A DNA stretch of 63,923 bases, the filler included, from Choristocarpus tenellus KU-1152 (taxonomy: Eukaryota; Protista; Phaeophyceae): assembly GCA_964200185.2 (NCBI GenBank). It is 15 parts of 15 records of this genome, joined end to end, with 100 filler letters (N's around TTAATTAATTAA, not from the genome) between each part and the next. Parts side by side here need not be neighbours in the genome. Positions count along the whole stretch, not along the records: positions 1 to 3,057 come from CAXNAD020022625.1; positions 3,158 to 10,150 come from CAXNAD020006907.1; positions 10,251 to 13,382 come from CAXNAD020022099.1; 12 more parts are not named here. One strand, given 5' to 3'. Below the pieces are notes generated by a model, which ran no database searches, was not told the origin of the DNA, and was given only the letters and a program-made list of their open reading frames with translations. The translations under genes were made by a program, and so were the position numbers. Numbering within the stretch: the first letter of the stretch is position 1; each line of letters opens with the position of its first letter. Positions 1-13,354 of this stretch are shown here, piece after piece.

Positions 1-30
1 GGGGTAGATGACGAAAAAGAAAAGAAGAAG

Positions 31-72
<42 letters not shown>

Positions 73-619
73 GGGGCAAACAAGGGAGTAAGCGAAGGAA
101 AGATCACAAGAGGCCGAGTCTATCCAAAGGAAGCAACAAACAGGTAGGAGGGAGAAAGGATGAGAGGTTATACAACCTATTGACAAAAATATTACTAGGC
201 TGCAAAAAAAAAACACTTTTGCCGTTTTTGCTTGAAACCATAGATGCAACACAAAAACATCACGGCCTCTTCACTTCCAAACATTAAAAGAAAAGGACAA
301 GGAAGATTTCTTCCGTGACAGGGGCCCTGCCCTCTTACACCTTATTCTCCCCCTTGCATAGGATATCATGATGCACTTTCTAGCCGACCCAGTCTCTCAT
401 GTGCCAAAAGCGATCCTCATCACCACACACAACTCACACACAAAATATACACTTCTCCCTACAGCCTCTTGTATCAAGGGACAACCCAGAACACACTCGC
501 AGCTGGAGATCAATGCAATTGAAACATCCCCGTGCTTAAATGGCTTAGTAAGGAGATGGGCCGAGAAGGCCAAGTCACCCCCGAATGGAAGGTAAGGGCA
601 TGAGGTATATTTTGGAGAC

Positions 620-1790
620 AGGTAAGTCATATCAAAGAACCGTCAAACCATCCTTGACCCCATCCTTGACCGGGTCCATTTGGACAGAAAAGTAGTTTGT
701 TTGACCTGGTATTCGACCATGCTAGAGTGAACCTTATCCCTGGTGTTGCACCACCATAGTCTCTTTGCGTCACAGGCAAGTTAATGTGCCAAAAGCGATG
801 TTTTTGACGCATACCCCCATGCTTCGCAGAGCAAACCTTGGTGGGATGGGAAGGTCGGTACCTGGCCTCCGGCAGAGGAGGTTGCGACTAGACAATCATC
901 CTCCAATCATGCCTCATGCCCATGGAACCAAGGAGACCAAGACTGTCAATATTGCCTGCTGGTGATCTCTACGAGGAGATGCTCAAGGAGAAGGAATCGC
1001 CACGTGCTGCGTCTCATTCATAACCGTTAGAGCAGAACACCTTCAACCTTCAAGATGACATTGCAACGTTACATAAAGCAATTGCCCAGAAAGCAGTGAG
1101 TGTCTGTGCCATCGCTGGAAGCTACCTGATACTTTTGACCAAGCAACCCGCCCAGTTACCGGATCTCAACACTTTGGACCACAGATTCTTCCACTCACTG
1201 CAGACTAGAGCAAGCTGGACTTGCTCGGACAAAATCGATCACCATCCAAAAAACTTAGTGATGAGATACCAAGAACATGATTCTGAGACCCACGGGCAGA
1301 TCAGGTGGCAGAACCTTCCCCACACTATAAAGTAAGATTGTGCTGAACCACTCTTGGGGCAACAACGACTTCAAGGGAGTACACAAAAACCAAGGGGATA
1401 GACATAGAGCGGCGGCGGGTCTTTCATGGCCAACAGAATGGCCTTAGAGGTTCTTGGGGCCTACAGATGCATTTTGCACCAAATATGAAGCAGACCTTGA
1501 CGGCAATATATACAAACCCATCCAACCCTGCCACATCTTCGTTGGCCCAGGGCATGGCATATCACCCCGTACAACCCCTCATATTTGCCATCAAACTATG
1601 CTCTACCAGAGGGGGTACTTCAAACCATGTAGGACCAGGCGACAGTTCTTACAACCAGGGGGCACCCTCACCGCTCAAGAGTGCCACGATGATCACATGT
1701 CATGCCAAAAGCCGTTTCGATCAAAAACACGACCAAAGAAAGGGCACCCTCACCTTAAGAGTCAAACAATACATGACTATGATCAACACA
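620..1790 (-). mobile_element. Decayed L1/Tx1-like non-LTR retrotransposon, ORF2 C-terminal part
   Basis: Frameshifted minus-strand translations resemble post-RT L1 motifs: LTLKVRV...SK (cf. LSLxGRV...SKL), NLWSKV, LEHLLVE (zf-RVT-like) and FLSKW. Many stops. Confidence 0.35.
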
Positions 1791-1972
1791 AAACGCCAAC
1801 GTTCCTTGTTCATTCGCACCCCCCACAACTCACAATTCGCAAGCGAACCCAACTTGGGAAACCAACTGGCAACAGAGAGAACTAACCCAAACCCAAACCC
1901 TAACCCTTCAACGGCACTGGAATCATATCCTGCCGCAGTTCCCAATCCCTCCTCTTCTCCATGTTCATAGTA

Positions 1973-2030
1973 TTAAGAACCAGAACCAAAGCGATAAGAA
2001 CCAGTACAGAAGAAACGAAGAGCGTTCTTC

Positions 2031-2031
<1 letters not shown>
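1973..2031 (-). CDS. Probable remnant of the last exon of farnesyltransferase beta; its 5' part is lost in poly-G/low-quality sequence at 2032-2192
   Basis: KNALRFFCTGSYRFGSGS* lies downstream of the FTase-beta exon on the same strand and resembles the terminal helix of FTase beta. Confidence 0.3.
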
Positions 2032-2084
<53 letters not shown>

Positions 2085-2294
2085 ACCAAACACGACAACA
2101 AACCCCACCAAAAACACCACACAAAAAAAAAACAAAAAAAAAAAAAAAAAAACAACCACTATTCTCCCCCCCCCCCCCCCCCCCCCCCAACTAAAGTCCG
2201 CGTCAAGGCAGGAAGGGAAATCGCAAGAGTCAACCAAGACAAGACAACACTTACAAAAAAACACAAAATAGAAAAAAGTCAAATCAACGCTCAC

Positions 2295-2400
2295 CAGCTC
2301 ATTGGAGGCATCGCCAAAGACCACTGGCCTATCTGCTAGGCAATGCTGGGCAACTGACAGCCCACTGAGGTTGTAGCAGGTGTGGTAGTAATCCCTAGGC
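2295..2400 (-). CDS. FNTB: Protein farnesyltransferase subunit beta, internal C-terminal exon
   Basis: CAG acceptor and GTGAGC donor bound an exon reading PRDYYHTCYNLSGLSVAQHCLADRPVVFGDASNEL, matching the Zn-ligand motif RDFYHTCYCLSGLSIAQH. Not in the ORF track. Confidence 0.85.
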
Positions 2401-3057
2401 CTGCTCTCGACGTCACGTCACGTCACATCACGTCGCATCGCATCGCATACACAGCCAAAACAAGCCAAACGCATCCATGTCATGAGCGGCGCGCGGGAAA
2501 TTGACGTGAGAAGAGATAGGGGAAGTGTACGATACAAGGAGGAATTGAAACCTGGAACCAAAAGGGAGGAACACAAACACCTGCGGATCTCGGAGATGGC
2601 GGGTTGAGTTGACCTTAACCCTACAGAACTTCTTCGTAACAAAAACTTCAAGGGCATAGGATGTGTTGCTCTCCCTCACCCTCCCCAACCCATGCCTGCT
2701 GCTTATCGCCCCAAAATCCCCCGTGCGTCCTTTTCCATCTCCCTACAGTTCCCACAAAAGCCAACCCTTTCCAATCACGGCAGTCCCGAAGTCCCACCAT
2801 TCATTGCCTTTCAAAGTCACACACAATGAGAGAACCCCTCACACCTATCCCCACCACTACCTCCCCAAATCATTCCAATCTCTTCCACTTCCAAGCCAAC
2901 GGCAACGGCACCCTCTCCAACAACAAAAAAACAAACCATACAAACTCTTCAATCCAATTCAGGCTCCGCAAACCCCAGAAAAATTTCACACGCCACTTAC
3001 ACCTCCATTTCCCAACGGATCCCCCCCCCCCCTTCAAGTACCACCATAGCACAACAG

Positions 3058-3157
3058 NNNNNNNNNNNNNNNNNNNNNNNNNNNNNNNNNNNNNNNNNNN
3101 NTTAATTAATTAANNNNNNNNNNNNNNNNNNNNNNNNNNNNNNNNNNNNNNNNNNNN
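3058..3157. other. Artificial contig linker (first of 14)
   Basis: N44-TTAATTAATTAA-N44. Identical linkers start at 10151, 13383, 17492, 20565, 25690, 29137, 35988, 38866, 42261, 48657, 52103, 58367 and 61142. Confidence 0.98.
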
Positions 3158-3298
3158 GCCACCCCCCCCCCCCAGATACTTTGAGCCTGTACTTACATTA
3201 TCCATCCGATGAACTGCAACCTAATCACCCAAAAATCGCGACATGAAAAAATTGACCCCAAATGGACAGTCGCCACCCCTCCCCAGATATTTTGAGTC
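3158..3298. mobile_element. MITE family B, one copy end nested in another
   Basis: Two Cn-AGATA(C/T)TTTGAG termini. Internal sequence is shared with 6325-6509, 48770-48926 and 54053-54392. Confidence 0.8.
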
Positions 3299-3639
3299 CC
3301 TTAAAGCGGGTCGCAGTCATGCCAAGCAATTTGATCGCCTTATGATAGGGCCCTACCTTACCTCTTACCCAGCATATCAGGAACATCACTGTACAAAATC
3401 GGAGAAATAAAAAGATATCGTAATATAGCTCCTCCATCGCAAGTACAAAACCCTATGGAAATGGGAATAAGCCAAACCAAAATCGGAAGGACCCCTATAA
3501 AAGTAACAGTTGTCATTGATGTAAGAGATACTTCTCCAAAAACTACTTGCTACTTCGACTTATTTGAATAGTAGCTGTATTACGATGCTCCCTTCAAGAC
3601 TGGTAATTACAATGTAATGTGTACACTGCTGCTTTGCTT

Positions 3640-4180
3640 CTAACCTACCTTAGCCTAGAATGGTGGGTTAGGAGCTAGGGAAGCATCTCAAGAATCCGAC
3701 AGGCCCCTATTTGCCCATCTGCGTGGTGTCTCTAGCTTGAAACGCATGACGCATCTCGACAGAGCCACTTCTGCAGTGATATGCACTATCTGTCGTAAGC
3801 AGGACTTGACAGTTCCATCCCTCTCCCCCCGACTGGGTGTGTAGCCAGCTCATCTAAAAAAATTTCTGCTTGCTCACCGAGGTTCTTAAAACATTTCACC
3901 ACAAAGGTGTTGAGGTTAAAACTATGAGGGTCAAAAGAAACCTAATACTTGGTGCGCTTTCGTGCGTCGGCTGCAGCTGCAGCTACACCATTGTTGGTGG
4001 ATGAGTGGCGTAGATGGGAGGCTGCTTGTACTTCTATAGACGCCGCATCCAGGAGGCCCTCTTTGTTCCGGTAGGGATTCGAGCCAGTGTGCATCAGTGC
4101 CCTAGCACGTAAGACCACATCCATGTGGAAATTCCGGTCCAACTGTGAATAGGCTGCCATCCTCCATAAGTGCATGGAAG
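3640..4180 (-). mobile_element. 5'-truncated, decayed CRE-like RLE retrotransposon fragment
   Basis: HMDVV...LLDA...AAADARKRTKY is homologous to the copies at 15617-17491 and 42361-44808. Confidence 0.75.
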
Positions 4181-4202
4181 GGATACATATATATATATAT
4201 AC

Positions 4203-4870
4203 TGTAATGTAGGTCCACTTTGACAGTTACAAAATAGGTACAATACAGAAAAAGAAATAATTGAAGTGTCGTAATGTAACTCCTCCTTGACAGTTACAAA
4301 CAGGTAAAACAACGGAGTCAAACTGAAATATGTCGTACTGTAGCACCTCCTTAGCAGTTACAAAAAAAGGGTTCAACAAAGCAGAAACGGAAAAATATCG
4401 CAATTTACCTTATAATTGCCAGTTGCAAAACAAGTAAAACACAGTGGAAACGAATATATAGCGAAATAATGTAGCTTCTCTTTGGCAGTTATGAACAGGT
4501 ACAACACAGTTAAAGGAAGAAGCATCTCAAGAGACGCCCAGCTTAGCCGTTCCAAAACAGGTACAACTGATTAGAAATAAAATGTCGCGAAATGTAGCTC
4601 CTCTTGGGCAGTTGCAAAACAGGTCTAAACAGTAGAAATGAAAAACTACTATCGCACTCTACCTTCACTTTGACAGTTGTAGAACGCGCACAACAGAGTA
4701 GGAATGTAAACCACCCCAATGTAGCTCCACTATCGGAAGTTTTAAGAAACACGTATAGCCCACTAGAAATGAAAAAAAATAATATAGTTCCTCTTTTGGC
4801 ACTATCAAACAAGTACAAAGAGTAGAAATGGGAACATATGGTAATGTAGCTCCACTTTTTGCCCATTCCA
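4203..4870. repeat. Degenerate tandem array, about 10 copies of a 60-68 bp unit
   Basis: Recurrent core AATGTAGCTCCTCTTTGGCAGTTACAAAACAGGTACAAC followed by a more variable AGTAGAAATG...TCG segment. Confidence 0.8.
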
Positions 4871-5019
4871 AACCGATATCCAAGAGCAAGGTGTGTGGTG
4901 CAAGGGTTTGGCCTACAGCTAAGGGTTGACTGACACGAGAAGTTCTCACCGACAGTACAGTTGTCCAGCTTAAGACTCATTCTTGGACTGGTGACACCAC
5001 TCAGCTGGCCCATAGGTGT

Positions 5020-5170
5020 AGTGTGTACCACTATTCAAGGAAAACAGTATGGAGAATCAAGTTGGCAAGAAGACTATCTAGGGGGTCGACCAAGCGCATT
5101 GATATGAGATATCTTTGTGTATATGTTAGTAATCTGGCAGTAGAGGGGAAGGTAATGGTTTGGTATGGTG
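5020..5170 (+). mobile_element. Ty1/copia RNase H remnant
   Basis: KLARRLSRGSTKRIDMRYLCV...VEGKVMVWY resembles AIKLA...RTKHIDIRYHFVR...G.I.V.Y. Confidence 0.5.
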
Positions 5171-6036
5171 ACTTAATCACAAACAGATGTTGATAAGGAG
5201 AAGTTTGCGTCTCACATTCCTACGACCATCATCCACTGCTGTAATCATGTTTGGTATATATTTTTTGGGAGGTTGGGTGAGGACTTTGAGCCAACTCCAG
5301 TGCTTTCTATATTCCTACCCATGGTCACATCATTTGTGTTGTCGTTGGTGAGCCATGGGTCTGTTCAAACTGTTGTGATGTCAAGGGGGTATCATTTCTG
5401 AAATGTAGTGAAATCAGAAGGGGTAGTTTCAGCACAAGTCGGTGCCTGGCAGAATGCCGTCGGTAAGAGAGCAGCAGCGCCAGAAGCAGCACAGAGTAGA
5501 AGACAGCAAGTTCGTTAGAGCAGGGTACAGTGTCTACGTTCCCCCGGGTAGGCAAGACAGCTGTAGACCAAATAGTTCCGAGTATTGTTTTTCTCGGACA
5601 ATGCACGGCCAGTACAGAGAAAAAAACAATATACTCTGAGTGTTGTCCTTGACAAATGTTTATATTCGAACAGAAATGCTCTCAAGTGTTTCAGGATAAT
5701 GCTGACCCTTTTGGCAGAGCGTGGTGTGTGGGACAGTGTGACGTTACTGTGACCTGTGAAATGATAAAAATACATATAAAATGGAGTGCATGGTAAACTC
5801 AAGAAATATAAAAGAGCAAGTGGTAAAGTCTAACTGTTAATAACACTAATAGCACCACAGATGAAACCCAGGTTTTGTCAATTTAGATACATGGTGCGAA
5901 TGAATCAATGCCAAATACTGAGACATCACACATTCGTATTAGTGTAGCTTCGCGCAACAAACCGTCTTGGTGGTTCACGGATTAGGCAGGGTAGTACCCT
6001 GGCCACTACGCTTGATAAATAATGAAATGCCATTCA

Positions 6037-6294
6037 GAGTGAAAGTATCTTAGGGGGTACAGGTTTTGCCCTGTTTGTCCGTTTGGGGCTTGGCTTCCCT
6101 TGTGTTTTTTTATGATATTCTCCTAATTCGAAATGTTTTGGAGTAGGTAAAGTGTGTACATTATGAGAAGGTGTCTCTGGAACAAGGGTATTGACACTTA
6201 CTAACAAACACAATATCCCAATTACATCAAAATCGCAAAATTGAATTTTGGCCCCCAAACGGACGTTGCTTTACCCTCTAAGATAATTTGACTG
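6037..6294. mobile_element. MITE family A, full length (~260 bp)
   Basis: TIRs GAGTGAAAGTATCTTAGGGGGTA ... TACCCTCTAAGATAATTTGACT; multicopy in this window. Confidence 0.85.
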
Positions 6295-6324
6295 TACCTT
6301 CGGGGCAATCAATTGTGGCAGGAA

Positions 6325-6509
6325 GCTTCAAAGTATCTGGGGGAGGGTGGTGGCTGTCCACTTGGGGCCAATTTTTTCATGTCGCGATTTTTGTGTGATT
6401 TGGTTGTATATATCAGATGGACAATGTAAGTAAGTGCACTTTTCCTGGTTATGGCCCAAATGGACACCCTGGTGTAACCCCCACCCCCCCCCTCAAGATA
6501 CTTTGGGTC
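6325..6509. mobile_element. MITE family B, full length (~185 bp)
   Basis: TIRs TCAAAGTATCT-Gn ... Cn-AGATACTTTG, with internal inverted GTCCA.TTGGG / CCCAAATGGAC. Confidence 0.8.
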
Positions 6510-6599
6510 AGCATTGACTGATGTACCACTGAATGAGGGTTTAGGTAACAGACTCGAGGGGATGTGAAGGTTAACGGATTAAGCCAGAAAAGTCCGGTA

Positions 6600-6830
6600 T
6601 GACCCCCATTGTCAGGTTAAAAAAAAAAAAAGTTCAAATTTGAGGTGTAGTACGGAGATATTTTGAACCATTTCATCCACTTGTTCAAACTGATGTTCCT
6701 TGAGGTCACCATCAACGAGCAAAGCACGATGAAAACTAAAGCAGAACCTTCTCGACACCTGTCTGCATCTTATATCAAGCATCCTAATTTATACTTCAAT
6801 GTATTAGTGCAGAGCACCATCCGTGTTCAA
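6600..6830 (-). mobile_element. Possible mariner (DD39D-like) transposase remnant
   Basis: VSRRFCFS...HQFEQVDE(frameshift)WF resembles KxxRLxFA...VHIDEKWF. Confidence 0.3.
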
Positions 6831-6909
6831 ACGTTCTTATGCGGACACCAGCACCCTTTCTTGCATTATGTTTTTGAAATTATGTGTTGAGAAATGAACT
6901 GAGTGTTGT

Positions 6910-7159
6910 GAGCCAAAGTATCTTAAGAGGGTAGAGCCGTGTCCATTTGGGTCCAAAATTCAATGTTGTAACTTTGATGTAATTTTGGCTATCGTGTTCG
7001 TTAGGAAGTGTCAATATGAATACACCTTTTCATATTGTGTACATTTTACCTACTCCGAGATATTTCGGATTAGGAAAATGTCATTAAAAAAAACATGGGA
7101 AGCCAAGCACCAAAGGGACAAACAGAGCAAAACTCATACCCTCTAAGATACTTTTACTC
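6910..7159. mobile_element. MITE family A, full length, opposite orientation, 4-bp TSD TTGT
   Basis: TTGT|GAGCCAAAGTATCTT ... AAGATACTTTTACTC|TTGT. Confidence 0.9.
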
Positions 7160-9066
7160 TTGTGAAATATAGGTGTGGGGGGGGTGCAGTACAACTTTCA
7201 GTCGTTTTTCTTTGGTTTTTCTCTAGTTAAATATTGCATGTAACCTACATCGAACTCCTCTTGAATTAATCAGGGAAAAATAAAATATGTACTTGGAGTA
7301 TGTACGGGTGGCCTTAGAGGAACTATACTTTAGTAGAAAATAGATCAACCGAACATTTATGTGTTATTACGTTGCACAAATATGTTTTAAAATGTTACTG
7401 ACCTGCTAGTAGAATGTATTTTCGAATCGATAGTATGACCCTAGGTGTTGTTCTGAAGTAACACACACACACAAAGCATACTGCTTTGCAAATGATCATG
7501 ACTTAACTAGACTCCGAGCATTGTCCCATCCGACATAGTAACTAGTATTAAATAAACAAACCATACTGAGTGAATATTGTTAAACGAAAAGGACTCAAGC
7601 TTTGTTGTCTCGACCGTGTATGTGTATTAATTATAGATCAAACGATCTAGAGCGTAATGCTGGACAACGGAAATTACAGATAGGACATATGAATGGATAG
7701 TGGTAATTGAGCTCTTAGTACAAAAATAGTACCATTCTTGATATACCTAACCAAGTTAAACTTGAGTAATCTACTGTTGCTGTAGGGGCCTGCTCAACAA
7801 AACACGCCAATGATGGGCCTCTTTCTTTGTTCTATCCATCAGGCTTTCTTTTCCTATAAAATAGAGCTTAGAGTAGTTGCTACTAAAATGCACAAAATCG
7901 GCTGAAAATTGTCTTCAAAGTTACCGAACCCTAGCTACCAGTCTACACACACACATCATACATGGTGCAACAAGGCCAAATGTCCTGAATAGCAGACTTT
8001 AAGAGCTATGAGTAGCAGCAGTCTACACACATGGGTAGTGAAACCTCAAGCAAGTTCTAATCAGCAGCAACAAGGGTTAGCATCATTGAACTCTGCACAA
8101 TGTGGAGAGTCCCTTCAACAACACACAGGTGATAATGACGATCGTGTTCACGTTGTGCACCATTGGCAACAATCCTTACAACAAGCACAAATCAGAGTGA
8201 CAAAAACCATCCACCCTCATGTGTCACTATAGGCTCAGCACGTTGAACTGGCATGAAGCAAAGCACATACTCACTGAGACAAGAAACACACGCCGCATCA
8301 CCAACAGGCGCACATGAAACATAACACCTAACTTCCATCCCCACACACATACACCCCCAGAGCACCGACATGAACACAAACTGGACCCTTCTCACACACA
8401 AAGGAGGGATACACACGTACGTTCGCAGTTTTTAGAGCATCGTAGGACAGGTAAGATGTTACTTGTGCCCCAGAGCAAAAAACCGAAAGACAAAAGAAAA
8501 AATGAAGTGGTATCAAAGAGTGCCGACACACAAAAAAGAGCTATATGATGCTGTAGTGTCAACGACCGTGTCAGTGACGGTCAAAAACCAAATGTATAAC
8601 TGCCACAGGGATCATGCGCTATTGCCAGGTTCAAAGTAACAATATCATAATCCCCTTTGGACACCACTGGTATTGACTCATTGTCCATCATTTCACACAC
8701 CTTTCCCACTGTGAGTGATGGCATACTGTTGTGTCTTCAACAAGACCATCACTCAGAACACCAAAGGACACATCAAAACAGGGAGTGAGATAGTACACCA
8801 CACCAAAATCCCCACAAAAATGGAAAACAAATTAAAAAAAATCCCCCCTATTCCCCTCCACGGTCTTTCCTCTCCCACACCTAGAGCCTCCTTCACTCCT
8901 GCGACAAAGCAATCATCCAATCACTCCAAAAAACCAACCATCCTCACGCTCCACACGGAACAACCATTGTACTATTGCCTGTGCCATGTCAAGCCAGCTG
9001 TCGCAAGGCAGCAGAAGGGCATCCAGATGGGCCACATGCTAGTATAGCAACGGGCATCATTCTGAA

Positions 9067-9863
9067 TCAGGCCTGCTCTTGGCACAGCTGATAAGCCATT
9101 ACACTGCCCGAGAGCTTCATCTCAGCCTCTCTCCGCTCCTTTCTTACAAGCTCTTCATCCTCCCCCTTGCCCACACCTCCACATTCCTCTCCTTCACTCA
9201 CAACTGGCGAACCATAGCCTCCCCCCCCAGGAGTAAGGATGGTTAGGCGGTCGCCTGTGCTGACACGGGTGGTATTCTTGCCGCCTAGACTAACTGTACG
9301 CCCGTCGTCACAGAAGCGAAGTAGGTTGACCTTTGCAAGGAGGGTGAGTAGGTGAATGGGTGGGGGGGGGGAACCCATCCAGCAGCACGTTAGCTTTTTT
9401 GCAACTTCAATACGAGTGTAGCACACGAAAAAACAAACTGTATTGGCATTATCTCATTAAATTACATGCATCACACAAAAGCACCACAACGTACCCTCAA
9501 ACACTCAAACTAAACACCACCCCCTTCCCTCTCCCCCCCACCCCAGCGAAGTGAAGACTCACCCCACAGGCCCCAGGTAGACCACCAGCCATGCCCCAGG
9601 GCCTCAAAGATCTCCTCTCACATAGCACACTGACAGTCAATGGCCTCCGGAATGTCATCGTCCTTTCTACGCCATCTCCGCCCTTGTGCGCACCCCCACC
9701 CCCTGAGCCCTCCCGGAGACCGAAGCGGTTTAGAAGAACAGGATAACGCCTTTCCAATATTTCCGGATCCGTGATGCGTGTGTTGGTCATGTGTGTGTGG
9801 ACACCACTGCAGCCAGACCACGTGGGGCCAGCCCCCGCACCTCCCGCGATGGTCTCGTAATAC
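9067..9863 (-). CDS. OPLAH: 5-oxoprolinase (hydantoinase B domain), last two exons 9563-9863 and 9067-9330
   Basis: [42 protein letters not shown]...GGDG...ERR joins in frame across a GT-AG intron to VNLL...[15 protein letters not shown]...*. Confidence 0.93.
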
Positions 9864-10588
9864 CTTTTACACAGAAACAGGTGAGCACAGGCAGGTGCAC
9901 TGTTACAATAAAACTGACATTGGTGTTGTCAGTGTTCCTGAGTAAGCCCTGCCATAAATGAACAACTAAAAAGCCACCACGAGCTTTGACGCTCTCAAGT
10001 GTAATTGGAGGGAGTGGAGCGGAATGCTCAGGAAGGGAGGGGTCGCTTGTGTTGACCCACGTTCCCTGTCCATAAAGCACCTCATGTAGACGGTATAAAT
10101 GAACACGTTTGGAAGAGGCACGGCATCACACCCCCGGGGGGGATTGACACNNNNNNNNNNNNNNNNNNNNNNNNNNNNNNNNNNNNNNNNNNNNTTAATT
10201 AATTAANNNNNNNNNNNNNNNNNNNNNNNNNNNNNNNNNNNNNNNNNNNNAAAAAAAAAACCAGTCAGGTTCAGCTACTTGTTGCTCGTTGTGTTCCCCC
10301 CCCCCCCCCCAGCTGCAACCTCAACCAAAAAGAAGCGACACCACATAAAATAGCAATATTAGTAAAACTATTTCCTCCATATGATAAGCAATCCACATTC
10401 CTCCACTTTATGTTGGCATGCGAAGAAAGGTCTGTCATCCGACCAAACAATAAATCAAAATGCTTCCAATAACCCTCCTGTAAAGCATCCATCCCCAAGC
10501 AAGTCGCCAAATAAAAATCATTCCACATAGGAGTCACAGCAGAAACCGATTAATCAAGTGCTGTGTGCTCGCTGGTCCTCAGCCAAAT

Positions 10589-12725
10589 CTACTTGAGGCC
10601 AAACCCTTCGCACTCATTGATGGCTATTTCTAGATTTTTCTTCAACTTTTCTGAGGAAGAGTACTCAGGGAGCATCAATGTGTTGAAGCACGTGTGGGAA
10701 GTTGGCAAGTGTTCCGAGTCCGGTCCTGCTCGTTGGACCTAGAGCCACAAAAGGAAGGCAAAAACAAACAAGCACAGGAAGTGATGTGACTATGAGTTTG
10801 AGGAAAATGTTGCCTAGTGATTCAACAAATAGACAAAATTGCTAGGTACAAAGGAAAAATATGCCTCGCCTTCTTTGATATTTACAGAGAGAGGTTCAGT
10901 GCTCATATCCTTGCTATTTCGACATGAATTGATAAAACAGCTTGAGACGCGAAAACCAATTCAAAAGAACATCAATTTTGTTTCACAACAAAGATAGAAC
11001 ATTTGTGTGAATAGCCAATAATATTGCACCCAAACAATAATGAAGGGATTACTTCGATGCTGCTGCACATTTGTGATTTCGGAGAATCCTCATGCCATTT
11101 ACTCCTCAAGACTTGATGAAACAAACACCAACAACTGCCCACTATTGAACTCGACATAAACACCAGTATACTCCAATCGAGTACCATAACAAACAAGAGG
11201 GCCTTGGAAGACAAAGCATAACATATTAATATTTACCTTGAAGTTCATCTTCAGCATACCTCCGAGAGGTGCCTGAAAACACAAACAACACCGATGAGAA
11301 ATGCACATCAGTGGGCATAAAATGGGAGTGAGAGAGGAAAGGAAAAATGTACACAGACGAGCAGGTAGATGAGGGGTGTGTGGGCAGACATATTGACAGT
11401 TTCACTAACAGTAACACCTTCCCACTAAGATAGCAACAAACAACTTCGTGCATCCCTGGGTGAAGTCTATGCAACTGAATTATTACCCTCAAGTGCACCA
11501 TGTCCATATTGGACCATTTCCTATGACAGCCTATTTCCTTCATACTGTTCACCACACCACCAAACCACCTTACTTTGACTGCACTAAAAATCAATTATTT
11601 GCCTCTCAATCAACCACTTGAAATATTAATACAATTTTTGGAGTTGGTGGTTGGATGTTTAGCTCAGGGATGTGGATGTCACATAACAGGAGACGAGAAT
11701 CAAGCACTTTTCAAGGGGTACAGAACACTGGATATTGTTGGTTAGTCATTGGTGTTGTGTTTTTCCCCTAAATCTAACCCATGCTTGTACACAAGAAAAA
11801 AAAAAGCAAGAGGAGTAATTATTAAACCACCCGGAAATTTCCCTATTGAAAATCATCCTCTTGATCACAAGTTTAGGAAGTCGATTCACAGCTCCCTCCC
11901 TCTGCTAGCTGCAATCAACAGCAACACGTTACCACTAATAGCATGTGTGGACACATGTGGGCATCACCTTTAAAGTAGTTTGAAAAAACCCAAAACTGCT
12001 CCAAGAAAACTAATCAAAACCTAACCATAATATTGTGATTTGTAGGTTGGAAGCAGACTTTGGTCTGTACACGTCAAAATATTGCACAAATAAGGGTTAG
12101 AGTGGACATTTTGTTTGCACTGCATTTGAGTAAGTCATCACCGCTGCACACACCATACACTCTCAGGTGAAGACATCCCATCTAAATTTTCATCTCTCAC
12201 ATTGCAATTTTGCAAACAGTTACCATGTCCCACCAAAACAATCAACCTTAGTCCTTATGCAAGCAGTGCCGTAAGCAATCATGGCCGGCAGATGAGATCA
12301 CCTCAAGACAAGGAGGCCCTGACCCTGAGCTATCTGTACACCTTGATAAATGTATCACAATGTTGAAGATCCCTTACAAACCTAACCCTACCTATACTTG
12401 CCACTGAGTAGCTTGTTAGAGGAGAGCCCTAAACCAGGCAATATCAAATGTACTATTAGTACCACTTCATTTTCACCTCAAACACGCTCAATGTCAACAC
12501 CATTGCATCCTCTTACTCAGCACCAACACCAGTACCTTCTTGGACCCAGTCGCAAACATGAGAAGTTGGCGCTGGTCCTCCAGGTTCATTCCCTTCACGA
12601 CCTCCCAGAAATTTTGGATCGTTGGGTGATCAGGTCCGTACCCTCCTTCGTATTTGGTGACCTTGGCAAGGTCATCCATGTTCAACTGTGGAGTGCCCGC
12701 CACAAGGAGTTCCAGTTCTTCTGCC
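10589..12725 (-). CDS. HECT E3 ubiquitin ligase (UBE3A/HECTD2/HERC-like), last three exons 12536-12725, 11237-11272 and 10589-10738
   Basis: [10 protein letters not shown]...YEGGY...FWEVV...[10 protein letters not shown] | [12 protein letters not shown] | [26 protein letters not shown]...EGFGLK*. Catalytic Cys in HTCFN; all splice phases compatible. Confidence 0.93.
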
Positions 12726-13354
12726 CTGTGAACCACAGTCACAATGGGGAAGCGGTACATTTCTTTGTAATATGGGAAATACCTGGGAGTACAATGGGTC
12801 AGGGTTAGGTTTAAGTGTGTGCTGAGGAATGAGAGAGTAAGCAATTGAACACATGCTACACACAAAGCACCTCTGTAGGGAGATATTAGGGTTATCATGA
12901 TTGTCAGGTACAATCAGCCTCTGCTCTTACTTCTAAGAATTCGGGCACCAGATCATAATGCTGGGGCGTGTGCATAGAAGGGGTGAGAGTAAGCAACTAA
13001 TGGGAGTAGCATGATCAAGATCATTCAACGTTCCACACAAACAACAGATATCTCCTGGGAAAGACACTGTTCACGATTCTACAACTCATGATACCTGCCA
13101 TTTAATTCACCGATCAGACCAGAAAGGTTCCTCCTAAGTGAGCATTTTCCATATTTCTCTCTGCAGCATTTAGGCTTGGGTATATTTCGGACTCATAAAA
13201 AATTGCACTTAATGGCAGCACTCTGTGCAATGGCAATATATGCTATTAATACAAATAATGTGCAAAGTGAAGAAAATTCACCATATTATTGGACATTATG
13301 AGATACAGATGTACAGAGATAAATTTCTTTCCATGTAGGGATAAAATTGCTTTA

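Noticed and set aside
2032-2192. Poly-C/poly-A stretch giving poly-Pro, poly-Gly and poly-Lys ORFs
   Set aside because: Garbled homopolymer sequence typical of read failure after a G run. The same pattern occurs at other contig ends.
3102-3113. Recurring TTAATTAATTAA motif
   Set aside because: Artificial all-frame stop linker embedded in N runs.
4203-4870. CRISPR-like repeat-spacer appearance
   Set aside because: Repeats are not near-identical, the inter-repeat segments resemble each other, there are no cas genes, and the context is eukaryotic.
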